Of a stretch of 64,000 nucleotides of DNA, positions 21,602 through 35,000 are shown one piece after another. The stretch comes from Phaeosaccion multiseriatum. Taxonomy: Eukaryota > Protista > Ochrophyta, other classes. Under the pieces are notes generated by a model, which ran no database searches, was not told the DNA's origin, and saw only the letters and a program-made list of their open reading frames with translations. The translations under genes were made by a program, and so were the position numbers. The stretch spans positions 2,666,001 through 2,730,000 of the forward strand of contig OZ218951.1 in the NCBI GenBank assembly GCA_965112735.1. The letters run 5' to 3'. Positions within the stretch are counted from its first letter, which is position 1. Each line of letters opens with the position of its first letter.

Positions 21602-24600
21602 ATGACGACGCGATCGACGCGCAAGCTCGGGGTGGCCTTCCGACCCAGCCTGGACGGGCTGTCGCCCATCCACTCGGCCGTGGAGGTGGGCCTGGTGGCG
21701 GAGGGAGACACGGATATGCAGGACGTATCTATCCTCCGAGAGCCCATGTCGAGGCTCAAGAAGAGGCTCAGGGGGGCGTTTGAGAACGCCACGGAGGACG
21801 ACGAGGGTGAGGGGGGAGAGGGGATGATGTTGTTCAGTGACGACGACGGCTGCGATGATACCGGGGCGCGGGGGGGTGGATCAACGGGACCATCAGCAGC
21901 AGCAGCAGCAGTAGCAGCACCGGCGGCAGCAGAAGAAAAAGTGGAAGGATGAGAAGAGGCTGAAGATTGCGGGAGTGATGAGCTGCAGCGACAGTTCCAG
22001 CTGCTGACGCAGAAGGCTCCGGTAAGCGTGGGGAAAGCTGGATGGAGCAGAAGCAGAGGAATACGCGAGAGCAGCAGGAGATGATGAGGAGGAGGAAGGA
22101 GAGGAGAACGGGCAGGAAGAAAGAGAGGCAACGGACAATAGTCCGGTGTCTGCTTCCTCCTCCGCAACGACAGCGGCATCCCCCGCCTCTCCTCCTTCCC
22201 AAGACACGGGAAGCCGCCGTCAAAGTCGCAGAACATCGAGCCATTAGCAACGAGGAAGGGACCAAGACTTGCACCCGCAGCATGAGTAGGGCGAGGGCCG
22301 CTCCTCCTTCCGACACTCAGATTGCCGCTGCTGTCAACAAGGGCGCTGCCCCCGCCCCTACCTGCTGCTGCTGCTGCTGCCGCTGCCCCTGCCGCGAGCA
22401 GTACTGGTAGTGCAAATCGTCGCCATCTGGAGGTGTTTCTGCGAGTACGGCCTGTGGCAGTAGGCACCCCCACTTCTCTGCAAGTGCCCTCTGGGGGCGG
22501 AGAGGGAGGAGCGGACACCGTCTTCACAGTACCTCCCGAGACTTCTCAGCTGGCGAGGGCGAGAGGAGGTGCGTACGTATGCGTACTTTATGTGCTGTGA
22601 TGTGTGTGTGCTTGCGTGCGTGCCGGTAGCATCGGTCTCAGCCGAGTTTGTGGACTCGTGTAAGCGTTTCAGTAGTGTATGGATCGCCGATCTCCCTCCT
22701 TCCCCACCGCTCTTACTCCCCTCCTCCTCTCCCTCCCTCTTGCTCGCTGCTCCCTACCTTTGCCTCGGTAGGCCGGGAGCGCTACAGCAAGGCCTTCAAG
22801 TTCAGCCACGTGTTCGGGCCTCAGTCCAGCCAGAAGCAGCTCTATGAGTCCATCGTATAGCCCCTCGTTGCCGGTCTCTTCCCCTCCTCCCCCACGGCGC
22901 CTTCCTCTTCAACAACCGCGGGAGGAGAAGACAGCAGCAGCAATGAACGCAAGCCCCGAAGCGGCCTGCTGTTCACGTACGGCGCCAGCAGCGCTGGAAA
23001 GACCCACACCGTCATGGATAAAGACGAGGACCCAGGTGGGTGGGTGGATGGGTGGGTGGATGGGTGGGTGCGGGCGTGGCATGCGCTCCACACAGATTTG
23101 CTAGCGTTAGCGCGTGGCGCCGTACACGGTGCGGCCAGTAAACCGCCTGACGCTACTGCTCATACGTCCTTCCTACCTTCATTCCTTCCTTCCGCCAACC
23201 CTACTTCCGCTCCTTCCCTCACCCTCAGGTCCTTCCCTCACCTTGACCCTCCCCTCACTCACTCACTCACCTCACACTCCCTCACTCACTCACTCACTCA
23301 CTCACCCACTCACCCACTCACTGCCCCCCCTCCCTTGCTTCGCAGGACTGCTGCCCCGTGCCTTAGAGGATGTGTTGCAGCGTGCCAACGCTTTACCTCA
23401 GCCCCCTGCAGTGAAGCTTTCCTTCCTGGAGATCTACCAGGACAAGGTATTCGACCTGCTTGTGCCCAGGTGAGAGGAGAGGGATGGCAGTAGACGGGGG
23501 GGGAGGGAAGGGAGGGAGGAAGGGCGCCAGTCAGGGTGCCACAGAGGAGGCTTCACGCTGCTCGCTGCTCAACTGCCTTCAACCATGCACGTTTTTGATG
23601 CCGTACTGTGCTGTACTGTCCAGAGGACCTCGCACACAGCTGTAGCACAAGATGACGCCACTAACTAACCCCTTCCCACCCAACTCCAACCCTGACACCC
23701 ACTCCCCCCCCCCAAGCAGCCCAAGCAACCCCACCCAGATACGCCGCGGTCTCTCTGTCACCACCCGGCAGGGACTCACGGCGGTGCGGGGCCTCACTAA
23801 GCAATCCATCGACAACACGGACGCAGCGCTTTCCCTCCTGCGCGAGGGCAAGCAGAGGCGTCATGTGGAGAAGACGCAGCTCAACGATGCAGGCTCGAGT
23901 CGTAGTCATACGGTGTGCATGATCACAGTTGGCGGCGGTGGGGATGGTCGAGGTCGAGGTGGTGGTAGTGGTGGTGGGGCAAGGCCGGGGTGAATTTGTG
24001 GCTGGTGGATCTGGCGGGCATCGAGCGAGTGGGACGCAGCGGGGTGCTGGATGGGGACGTGGAAAGGTTAGAAGGAGGAGGAGGAGGAGGAGGAGGAGGA
24101 GGAGGAGGAGGACGGGAGGGGGGTGGGAGGGGTGGGGGAGAGAAAGAGGGGAGGAGGAGGAGGAGGAGAGAGGGAGGGAGGGGCGGGAGCGGTAGCTGGT
24201 ACATGCCGCCATAGCTCTCTCTTGACGTCTGTTCCTCTCCCTCCCTTATGCCACGCCATCCTCTCCTCTCTGTTCCTCTCTCTTCCCCTCTGTCTCTCTC
24301 TCTCTCCCTCCTCCTCCCCCTCCTCCTCAGACTGAACGAAGCCAACAAGATCAACCTGTCCATGTCCATCTTGTGGCGATGTCTTCAGACCATGCTGAGA
24401 CAGCAGCAGGCAGGGTGAGTTGAGGGAGTGAGTGAGGGAAGAGATATGAACAGAGCGGGGGGAGAGAGAGATTGAGGGAGTCACGCCGCCAACAGGCGAG
24501 AAAGATGCCCTCTCGTCTCTACTGCTTCGTCCCAGTAAGCCTTTGCATCCATTCCCTCCATAAGCTTACGTGTGGCTCCTCCTCCTCCTCCCCCTGGAGC

Positions 24601-26124
24601 AGCAGCAGCGGCGGCGGGGGGATGGAGGCAGGCACCGGACACATCCCCTTCCGAGAGAGCAAGCTCACGCACATGTTTCAGAGCCACCTCGTAGGGGCGG
24701 ATGTGGTGAGTTAGACTCACGCACGCACACACACTCACACACGCAAACGCGCGTACATACATACACACACAACATACACACATACCCACACGCACACTCG
24801 CATACACATGTTCACACACCGGCGTAGTCTGCTCAGGATAGCTCCGCTGCCGTGCTCTGACTGTGCACTTCCTCTCTGCGCTGCTCACTTTCGCTCTGTG
24901 GTGGTGGTACTTGTATGTATCGCTTTTTTCGAGTCTGAGTAAGTTGGCGCTGTTGTGCCTTGCCGTGCCTTGTCTGCCAACCACACAACCAACTAACCAA
25001 CCACCCAACCAATCAACTCACCCATTCCGTCTGCTGACCCACCCACCCCCCATCCACTGCCATCCCCTGCAGGGAAACACCGTGCTACCAACCGGGCCAA
25101 GGCATCGAAGGAGACACTCGCGGCAGCCAAGAAGGCTGAAGCCACCAAGCGGACCAGGTATGGGGTGCCACAGGTAGGCATGGAAGGCCAGGGTGGGGAC
25201 ATCCACTATGACCCCACGCGATACCACCTCGTCCCTTTCGCAATAGAACAGCAAGGCGCATTTGGTCCTTCTGCTCAGATGTTTATGAAAACACTCGCCA
25301 CCCACATGGCTGGGGGGCACGAACATCTGGACACGAGGGCTTATGCGAGAGCTGTTTGCGTCATTCGGCGACGATTAGCCGTAGCGCTCCAGCGGGCCCG
25401 ACACGAACGATCGGTTCGACACGTGATCCTGGGTGGTATCAACTTTGTTCCAATGGGGAGAACTGATGAGTCAGAGGGACACGACCTCGAGGGCTGAGTT
25501 CCCCGGGGCGGTGAGACATTACTTTTAGACAACCATAGATGGCACTTAAGGGTGTAATATATTGGAAACACCGTGCTCATTGCCAACGCCAACCCGTCCT
25601 ATGCGGACTACGACGAGACGCAGCACGTGCTCGCCAACGCCGGCCTCGCTCAGGACGTGTGCCTGAAGCTGCCACCGCAGGTACCGCACTTGGTAGTGAC
25701 GCGAGCATCGTGATACGTACAGACGGCACACACACGCAAACACACACTCCAGTCCACTCCACTTCACTCCCTTCTCTTCCTTCTCTGTAGCAGACAGAGA
25801 GCAGACTATCCATTCACTCCTGGGCTGCCCTACCCTTACCTTTGTCTACACGTTCGTCGCTTACCCCTCCTCTCCCTTTGCCCTGTGGCCTTGTCCTTTG
25901 CATCTTTTGCCTTTTGCCTCAAGTTTCACGTCGGCGTCGCCAGCAGGGCTGCTGGAGGAGGTAGGGCAAGAGCGAGGGGGAGAGGATCAGCAGCAGCAGC
26001 AGCAGCAGCAGCAGAAGGGGGAGGAGGAGGAGGCGGGGGCCGTACCCGGCGAGGGGGTGGCAGCAGCATGGGAAGTAGCGCTGCCACACACGACCTAGAT
26101 GGCCCACGCATCAAGCGGAGGAAG
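21602..26124 (+). pseudogene. Kinesin motor gene, kinesin-6 (KIF20/KIF23)-like, disrupted
   Basis: Motifs LEVFLRVRP, FKFSHVFGP, LLFTYGASSAGKTHT (P-loop), SFLEIYQDKVFDLL, SSRSH, LVDLAGIER, EANKINLSM, HIPFRESKLTHMFQ and NANPSYADYDETQHVL. Lesions: in-frame TGA 21950-21952, in-frame TAG 22858-22860, frameshifts near 22000-22350 and 23940-23990, retroelement insertion 25087-25563, and no stalk exons after 26124. Confidence 0.8.
25087..25563 (+). mobile_element. 5'-truncated non-LTR retrotransposon (C-terminal restriction-like endonuclease region, CRE/R2-type) with 14-bp TSD
   Basis: GGAAACACCGTGCT at 25073-25086 and 25564-25577 flanks a 477-bp insert. The insert encodes ...AAAKKAEATKRTRY...LVPFAIEQQGAFGPSAQMFMKTLA...RRLAVALQRAR...stop 25497, then a short AT-rich 3' end. 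Removing the insert plus one TSD restores GNTVLIANANP of the kinesin. Confidence 0.88.
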
Positions 26125-26300
26125 GTGAGGGAGGGAGGGAGGGAGGGACGAAGGGAGAGAGAGAGGGAGGGAGGAACAAAGAGAGGGATGGAGGTGAAAA
26201 GGTACATACTCTAGTACGTGTGGTACTCTACGGTACTCTATGGTCCCTTTATTTTCCCTTTAATCCCTATGGTACTCTATGGTACTTTTTTTATGGTACC

Positions 26301-28054
26301 CTACCAAGGCCACAGCACGTAGTTGACGCCAATAACGTCGTCGTCCCTCGCCTCAATAGTAAGCGTGTGTATCCCCGGCTCCACCACACCCCCTGGATCG
26401 ATCCACGTGCAGTGAGGCTGTAGCCCCGCCACCCGTTCCACTTCACCACTACCCAGGCTACCGGTGCTCAGCTCCTCCCCGTCCCACAGTATGCGGGTTC
26501 GAGTCCTATCTCCCACATTGCCAGGGCCACCGCTTTTACTACCCCGCGCGTCTCTGGGGCCACACACGTACACTCTCCTCTCTTCCACACCCTCGTACCG
26601 CCCCTCAATATCCAGTTTGAATGTCAGTGGCCCGCTCCCCTTGTCGCCCCCCAGCGCGTAGTGGTGGTCGGGATAGCGAGAGGCGCAGTCACGCGTGTCC
26701 CGACTCATGTGGTCCCAAGTCAGATGAGTCCATTGCCCTCCTAAGAGGTCATAGGCGCCGAAGTCTTCCGGTGTGTCGTGGTATCGTTGCACCCCCCCTG
26801 CAGGGGCGACGACTCTTGATTTGAGGTCGTATGTGCCCTCGGGGAATGGGACCGGGGTGGTGTCTAGAGCACACTTTTGGGACGGAGAGTTGGCAAACAC
26901 ATGGAGTTGGGAGGGGTGGGGGTGCGGGAGGAAAGCGTGGAGAGAAGGCAAGGAAGCAAAGAAGAGGGAAGGAGGCAGAGAGAGAGAGAGAGAGAGGCAG
27001 ATAGAGATGGAGAGAGAGAGCGAGAATGAGAGAGAGGCAGATAGAGATAAGAGACGGAGAGAAAGAGAACAATTGGAAGGGCGGACAGAGAGACAGATGT
27101 GGAGGTGTAAAGAGATGCAACAAATGAGAGAAATCGTTCATGCCCACCCCTTCTTGAACCTTGGCAGATAAGAAGGAATACCAACTTATCCCTCACCTTC
27201 CTCAGCCGCCCACAGCCAACGCCGTAGCTCTGGCCGCACATCAAGGGTTCCGGCAGCGCCTCGAAGCTGAGAAGCCCCTGCAGGTCCTCGTCGTCTACCG
27301 CGGACGACATCGCTGCCGCCCTTCCCCTTAACCTGGCGGCTGCTTCTCGAACCACCACTGGCCCCTCCCCCTCCATCTCCTCCTTCTTCTTGCCCTCCTC
27401 CTCGAGCTCTGTCACAGCCTCCAGCAGCAGCTTGGCGTAGCCGATGGCAATCATTGAGGCGGCAAGGTCGTGGCCGTGGGGCCCCGGGTGCCACGCCTTC
27501 TTCCCCCACTTCTTCCCTTCTTCGTACAGGTAGGGAAAGAGCAATCTCGCGTCCTGCTTCAAGTGAGGCCGCTGCGCATACGCCCTCAGGGTCACGGCTC
27601 GGACGTCGATGGAGTGGACGGCGAGCGGCGCATAGTGGGTGGCAATGTTTCGATTGGCCACCCGCACGGAACGATCAATCGCTGCCCTGTCCGTCACCTG
27701 CGCACCGGGGCCGATAAAAACGGAGGTGACGAACATGACCGCAGGGACCTTTTTGAGCTGCGCGGCCTGCCGCAAGAAAAGCTCTTTAGCCTCGAGGTTC
27801 GAGCGAGCCGACATCATGTCGTACTCCCAGGTGACCACGTCCGAGTCCAGGCCTGCTCTCCCCGTGAGGCACAGCGTGTCGGGAAGGAGGGGGTTGTTAC
27901 CCATGGCGCTGTTGCGAGTAATAAGTGTGAGCCCTGCTGCGGTGAAAACGGGTGCCATGTAGCGGTGCGCTGCCAGTGGATATGCTGTGGGTGGAGTGGG
28001 GTGGAGTGGGGTGGCGTGGGGTGGCTGAGTGAGAAAAGGGGGGGGCGGAGAGAG

Positions 28055-28110
<56 letters not shown>

Positions 28111-28731
28111 AGACAAGCCGGCAGGTGCACAGGCAGGTAGATGGGCAGGCAGACAGGCAGGCATGCAGACAGGCAGGTAGGCGGACAAACAGGCGACAAA
28201 GCACTGACAGAGAAGGAGGGTACGGACGAACAAGGGGAGCACTTCCCCCGTCCCCCTCTCCCATCTCCACTAGACCCAACGCCTATTGTGGGCCAGGGTA
28301 GCGTGCCGTGGTGAGGTTTCGTCCTAGGTGGGGCGTGATGATGCGCTCACTCAGCAAGGGAGTCATTCATCCATTCGCCGGTTGAGGACGTTGATGGTAG
28401 GGGGGAGCATAGCAGCGGTGTACTCACAGTTGTTATAGTAGTTGTCGTGCCCAGCCGTGACGCTCGTACCCATATATGACATGACCCAGTCGCTCTGAGC
28501 CTCGTTGGAAATGGCGGCCTTGAGCCTCTCCTTTAACTCCTCCTTCTGCCATACCAGCAAGCCGTCGTCAATGAAGTACGAGCTGTCCGGCCCCCATCTC
28601 TCGTGGGCCTGCACCAGCAGAAGGTCCACCTCTCTCTCCAGCATGGCGACCCTACTGCTGCTGCTGCTGCTGCCGCTGCTTCTGCTGCAGCACCATAGCA
28701 GCAGCAGGAGACTCCACAAGGCCAGAGTCAT
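26301..28731 (-). CDS. Secreted/membrane SGNH-hydrolase-like protein (3 exons)
   Basis: Exons 28731-28428, 27984-27197 and 26873-26301 join in phase. Hydrophobic N-terminus, block I-like MGTSVTAGHD, RNSAMG, DSDVVTWEY and a block V-like WHPGPHGH. Confidence 0.7.
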
Positions 28732-28831
28732 GAGCTTAGCTTGCGCGTTACTTTATTCCTCCCCCCTCCCCACGTTTTCTTCTTTCTCCGAAAGCACACA
28801 AACACTATGCAAGCATCAAGTCCATAGGAAG

Positions 28832-28881
28832 AGATGCCTGTTCTATAACAGCCTCAAGATGCCTGTTCTATAACAGCCTCA
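28832..28881. repeat. Perfect 25-bp tandem duplication upstream of SGNH-like gene
   Basis: agatgcctgttctataacagcctca x2. Confidence 0.9.
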
Positions 28882-29033
28882 GAGGAAATATCAAAGCAAA
28901 GAACCAGAAGCCCTTCTCCGACGGCGGCGGTAACGGAGAAATAATCTCCGATGACGGCTGGTAACCGACAGCGCTTGCTCTCACTTTCTTCGTGAAAAAT
29001 AAAATAAGGGCTGGATGCGCCGATTTCGTTTAT

Positions 29034-30206
29034 TTAATAGTCAATAAACTGCGGCCGCGCGTCAGCCCCCCAGTCTCCCATGCCGCTGTAGCCGGGTGGA
29101 GGGCAGTGCGACAGGAGGCCCTTCTTGCCGGCGGCAGCTGCGGCGGCGGACGGAGGAGACGAAGAAGAAGAGCAAGAAGAAGAAGAAGAAGAAGAAGGAG
29201 GAGGAGGAGGAGGAGGGGGATGAGGAGCTCTCGCTTCGCGCAAAGAGCTGCTCGAATCCTCCGCCACTGCTTCCACCACTCCCAGTGGTGCTACCCTGCT
29301 GCTACTGCTTCGGCTGTTGGCCTTGCTGTGGGTGGAGTGGTCCAACAATACCAAGTCGTTGCTACAGCGAGTAGGGTTCAACGCCACCGCCGAGCCCTCC
29401 TCCCCCGCATTATATCCCCCTCCCGCTCCTTGTGAATGAGAAGGAGGAGAGGGAGGTGATGGAGTCCTTTCTTCCATGCCCCAGCCCAAGGCCGGAGTAG
29501 TACCGGACGGAGGCAGGGCTGCAAAGGCCGCCGTCGAGGGGGCATGTTCCTTGTGTACAGCACCAGCACAAGCCTCATTGCTGCTGCTGCTGCTGCTGCT
29601 GCTTCTTCTCATCTGTTGTTGGTCTGGCGTTGACACCTCAAGGGGACTACTCCTCACAGCGTCTGTGGAGGCCAGTCTCTGTCCATCCCAAGCCGGAGGG
29701 CGGAGATAATTTGGGGTGGGGGATTTGTCAGATTGATCTTCCTCTCCTCCTCCCCCTCCCCCAGCACTAGCAGAATTGCCCGAGTCAAAAGCAGGGACAG
29801 CCGTGCCTCCTCCTCTGTCTCCTCCTCCCGCGCCTCCCTCGCTCCGAATCGCGCTTGCGGGTAATGTCAGCCCCGCTACCGGGCCCCACGCCACTGGCCG
29901 GAGCTTCTGCGATTGCACTAGGCTCTGGTGGAGAGGACTCTGATGTTGGTGCTGGTGCTGATGATGGTGATGCTGCTGCTGCTGCTGCTGTTGCTGCTGT
30001 TGTTGTTGTTGCTGCTGCTGCTGCTGTTCTTTGTACAGCTTCTTGACTCTCTCAAGCTCTTTTTCCTGACTCGCAAGTGGCGGTTTCAGATGATAACCCG
30101 CCGGAGCAATCCTCCCGCTGTCGATGGCAACCCATTGGTCGTGGCTTTCCCCCCAAAGCGGGTAGCGCACCTTCACCGCACGAAGGATGCCCTTCTTGTC
30201 ACACTC

Positions 30207-30257
<51 letters not shown>

Positions 30258-30610
30258 GACTACTCCGCCCTCCACTTGCTCACTCGCACACTCGCGCACT
30301 CTCTTCCGGCTCCCTTCCCCCGACCCTGACCTACTCCCTCCTGACCCTGCCTTGCACCCTGGCACGCCTCCTGACTGGCTCCCTGCTCCTGCTGCCGCTG
30401 TTATTCCATCTGCTCCTGCTGCCGCTGTTATTCCACCTGCTACTACTCCGTCCCGATGGACGTCCACAACGGTCGCCTTGGCTGCGTTTCCATAGACGTC
30501 AATGACATCAACTTCGCCCCCTACTCCAAGCCCGTATAAGAAGCGTGCCTCTCGAGGCGGTAACTGTGAGTTTGCATACGTACAGCAAGAGCAAAGCAAT
30601 GGGAGGAACA

Positions 30611-30666
<56 letters not shown>

Positions 30667-32054
30667 AAAGAAAGAAAAAGAAAGAGAGGGTGTAGAAGGT
30701 CAGAAATATGGTGAGCAAGTGTGGTTCGTCATGGTCACGTCTCCCACTGAAACGTTACAGAATCGCATACCAGGTCATCAATGCTGGGGTGGGGGGGGGG
30801 GGGGTGAGGAAGGACGGACATAAACACGGCATCTCTCTCTTCTCTCCTCGCCTCGAACTGAAGTCAACGAAACATACGGGGAGAAGGAATTCCCAACGAC
30901 AGTTCCAACGGCAGTTCCTCAACAGAGCACATCACCAACACTTGTGCTGGCCCTATCTCACTCACCAATGCTGCATGGGATGCTACTCCCACCCCAGCAG
31001 CAGCAGCAGCAGCAGCAGCAGCATGCGGCTCCTCAATTCCCTCTGCTGGTGCCTCCAGAGCAGCAGCTGACTCGCCAACAACAGCAACAGCAGCAGCAAC
31101 AGCAGCACAAACATGTCCACCTTGGTCGTCTCCTCCTCGTCCTCTTCCTCCTCCTCTCGCTCCCTTTGTCGTGCTCTGGCGCCCCCCACACCCTTTCCCA
31201 CTGCTTCTGGTGCGACCGTTGGTGGTACGTCTGCTCCTTGCTCCCGGTGCCGAAACACAGCAGTCGCGCCCATTCATACAGCCGCACGCCATGTCGGAAA
31301 CCAGAGCAGTACTCATCCTCTCCGGGGCGGCGTCTGATGCAGCACCCACTCTACTTGAGAGTTCAAGCCCTCCGTCAGCAGAGCTTACCTCCTCTTCCTC
31401 CTCTTCCTCCTCCTCCTCCCCCTCCTCCTCCACTTCCACCACTTCTCCCCCTTCCCGCGCTTCTTCTTGTGCCTCCCCTCTTTCTCTTGCCACCACCTCT
31501 CTTATTGCTGCTGCTTTCCTCGCTTCCACCCCCTCCCCTCCTCCTCCCTCTACCCTTTCAGGGAAAGGCCAGTCTTCGGGCAGGCAAGAGACAAAGTCGT
31601 CGGCGCGTCCCTTGGCCTGTGCAGCAGAGGTAGTCTCCAGGTGGGCGCGGTACGTCTCCCACTGAAGGCTCGATACCTGTCCATCCCACCCAGCCCAACC
31701 CAGCCCAGCCCAGTGTCAAGCACGGAAGGGGAAGGGAAGGGCATGCATTGGGGGAGAAGCAGGTTGGGCCAATTCGGTTCAAGCAAAGGAAGGTGGGTTG
31801 TGAGTGGTCCCCTCCTCTCGCCTGCTGGCTCATGAAGAACCTTCCTTCGGACACCACCCACGCACACACACACACACATACACGCACCCACACACACGCA
31901 CGCACGCACGCACCAGCTCTGCGCTCTTGAGCAGGCCCTCCACGGACTCGTCACGCTCAATGTTGGCCTCAAGCTTGGCAATGGCGAGAGCGGCTCCAAC
32001 CTCACAATCTGATTCATTCATCAGAGGGACGAGGGTGAGAAGCAAGTGAGCGAG

Positions 32055-32085
<31 letters not shown>

Positions 32086-35000
32086 CGGGAGAGAGGAGAA
32101 AAGAAGAGAGGACGAGAGGAGAGATGGAGGGCGATACCGCGACGGACACAGAGAGAGAAGATAGACACACAGACAGACAGACAGAGAGAGGAGGCCTTGA
32201 CAGCAAGTTACATACAGCGCATGCCGCCTGCTCAACCTCCCTCCCTTCCTCCCTCCCTCCCATCCCATTTCCATGTCATCTTGCTCGCTCACCTCTGAGC
32301 ATCTTCCAGGCCCTAAACAGCTCCTCCACCACCTCATCCTCCGCATTGGCCGCCGCAGCCGTGGCACTCTCCACTTGACCTCCTCGACCAGCACCGCCTT
32401 GTCCACCTTCGCAGCCGTGACCACTGTGACCACCTTCACTTTCCCCATTCGGCAACGAGTAGTGTGATGAGGAGGGTAATGGTGACGACGACAACGACGA
32501 CAACAGCGACGGTGCCACGCGCTGATGATGGCTGTGGCCTGCCTGAGCCCAACCTGTGTGGCTGTAGCTGTTGTTGGGGCTCTGCTGGTGTACCACCAAC
32601 TGCTGCTGCTGCTGCTGCAGCTGCTGCTGCTGCTGCTGGTGAGAAAAACCATTTGGTGGTGCTGCTTGTGCTGAATGAAGAGGGTAACGAAGGGCCGCCG
32701 CGGGATGCGCCTTTTCCCAATTCCTGTACTGGCCGTGCTGACCGCTCGCACCAAAACTGCCTCCTCCTCCTCCTCCTCCTCCTCCTCCTCCTCCTCCTCC
32801 TCCTCCTCCTTCTTCTTCTTCTTCTTCTTCTTCTTCTTCTTCTTCTTCCCCTCCTCCTGCATCTCCATAGGCACTCCCGTTGGCAGGAGGAGGAAGAACT
32901 GGCTCTGTCCAAGCCTTCCTTCGAGACCACGCCGCGGGGTGCACTTTACATACCGGCAAAATGGGCATCATGCCCTGATCTTCTCTGTCCCTGTCAGCCC
33001 CCTTTCCCTCAGACCTCTTTCTCCTCTTGCCCCTTTGCTGCTGCTGACCCCTTGGGGTCGCTGCTCCTGCTTGGCCGCCTCCTCCTCCTCCTACTGCTGC
33101 TGCTGCTGCTGCGGCTGCTGCTCCTCCTTCTTCTCGTCCTCCCTCTTCTCTTTTGTCCTCCTCACGAGAAAAACGAGGTTTCTGCTCCTGTGCCTGCACT
33201 TGCTGTACACTGCTGCTGCCCCCCCCTTTCTCTTGCTCTTGTCCGCCCATACCCTCAACTGCCATCTCGTCAGCCGTCGTTCTTTGCTTCTCCTCTGACG
33301 TCGCCGCTTTGCTCTCCTTCACCACGCTGCCGCCACCACTGCAAGTACTGCTGGTGCTGCTGTTATTGCTCCTGCTCCTTCTTCTCCTCCTCCTTCTCCT
33401 CCTCCTCCCCGTTCCACTACGGGTGCTGCTACTGCTGCTGCTACTACTGCTACTACAATTACCACTACTCCAACCACTGCCATCATCACTCCTGCTGCGT
33501 TCTCTCGGTCGCCTCCTCCCTTCCTCCTCCTTGGCACTAGATGCAGATACAGCAGAACAGCCCCGAACCCACGACCACTCTCCCGACGCCAGCCGCCTCG
33601 CCACCTCCGCATCTTCATCCCTCTGCCACGTCGTCTCTAGCTCTTGCTCCCTCGCCTCCACCGCCTCCCGGAAGAGCCGGCCGTCGTACGCTGCTGCCCC
33701 AGAGCTGGTACTGCTGGTACTACTGCTGCCTCGAATGAGGTCGTCAAAACGAGCCACCACACCCAAGCGCTTGCGGATCTCTCGCACCGTCCGGAGGTGG
33801 CCAAAGCCGGTGCCCAAACCCGTGCCGTTATTCTTCAGCCGCTCCCCTCTCGCCAGTGTCTGTACAAAGTCTTCCGTCTCCCATGTGTCTCGGTAGTGGG
33901 GCCCCAGGGGAGGCACAAAGGGTCCTCTCCAATCCATGGCATCGTCGCCTTCACGGATACTGCTGCAGCTGCTTTTACCCCGCGCTCCACCACCACCCTT
34001 CTTGCAGCTTCTCTCCTCCTCGACCCCCTCCCCCTGCTCCCGCTTCCGCTGCTCCTCCTCGTCATCGTGCCCCTGCTCCTCCTCTCCGTCATAGTCCTCC
34101 TCATCCTCCTGCCTCTCTCCCAGCTCCTCCTCCTCTTCGTCTTCTTCTTCTTGTTCTTGTTGTTGCTCCTGCTCTTTGCGCCTGTTCGACTCCCGCATGC
34201 TTTCCTGGGCCAACATGCTCACCCTGGCCCTCATGTCAAGCTCAATATGCGCCGCGCTGCGCCTTCTCTTCCACTCGCTCACACTGAGCTCTAACGGTGC
34301 CGCCGAGCCGCCAATTCCGGAAGGAGACATTGGGGCAGGAGAAGAGCAAGACGCTGATGAAGGAGATGCGACCCCCTGAGTGGTGGATGAGAAGGAGGTG
34401 GCTCGGTGGAAGCAGAGAGAGGACGCAGCAGGAAAGGGCGCAGGAGAGGAGGCTCGGTTCAGCATCAATCCCGCCCCCCTTGCTGCCGCCTTGAGAATTA
34501 AGCCTCCTCCTCCTCTTCTCGAGTACGCTTCTCCTCTCGCTTCTTCTTTTGAGCCGCCCGCACGCCTTACCGGCCCTCCTCCTCCTGTTGCTGCAGCAGC
34601 TTCTGCTGAGTCCCCGGTACGCCCCCCTGTCCTCCCTTCTTTTCCTTGGCCTTCTGGTAGTGCGGTTATCGGAAGGGCCGCTACAGCGCACACTGCTTCG
34701 TAACGCAGGCCCCACGGGTCTGTAAGCGCCTCGCGAAGACTTGATAAGTGAGCCTTTTCGGCCGGAGTCGGCGGTCTGTTGTTGCATGATGAGCGAGAGG
34801 GCGGGCAAGCAGCAGATGGAGGAGTTGTGAGTATCAATTCAAGGAAAGACGGGGGGCACTCTGCTGGCCTGGCCTGTCTATCGTCATTCACACACTCAAG
34901 TGCAGGCAGCCTGGAGAGACAAGTCACCTCGTCAGTAGCATGAGGGTGTGACGACAGAGACAGGCATGAGAAGCGGAAGTGAGCTAGCAGTTATTTGTCA

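Noticed and set aside
21950-22860. In-frame TGA and TAG in the kinesin as stop-codon reassignment or selenocysteine
   Set aside because: Other genes here end normally at TGA, TAG or TAA and have no internal stops. The same gene also has frameshifts and an insertion, so pseudogenisation is simpler.
21540-25532. 16-bp match cattacttttagacaa at 21540-21555 and in the retroelement 3' end at 25517-25532
   Set aside because: A single 16-mer match is near chance expectation for a 64-kb window, and similarity does not extend.
26200-26305. Repeated ggtactcta(t/c) units, and gatggcagtggaggg repeats at about 60488-60580, as CRISPR-like arrays
   Set aside because: Short degenerate minisatellites with no unique spacers of constant length and no cas genes, in a eukaryotic context.
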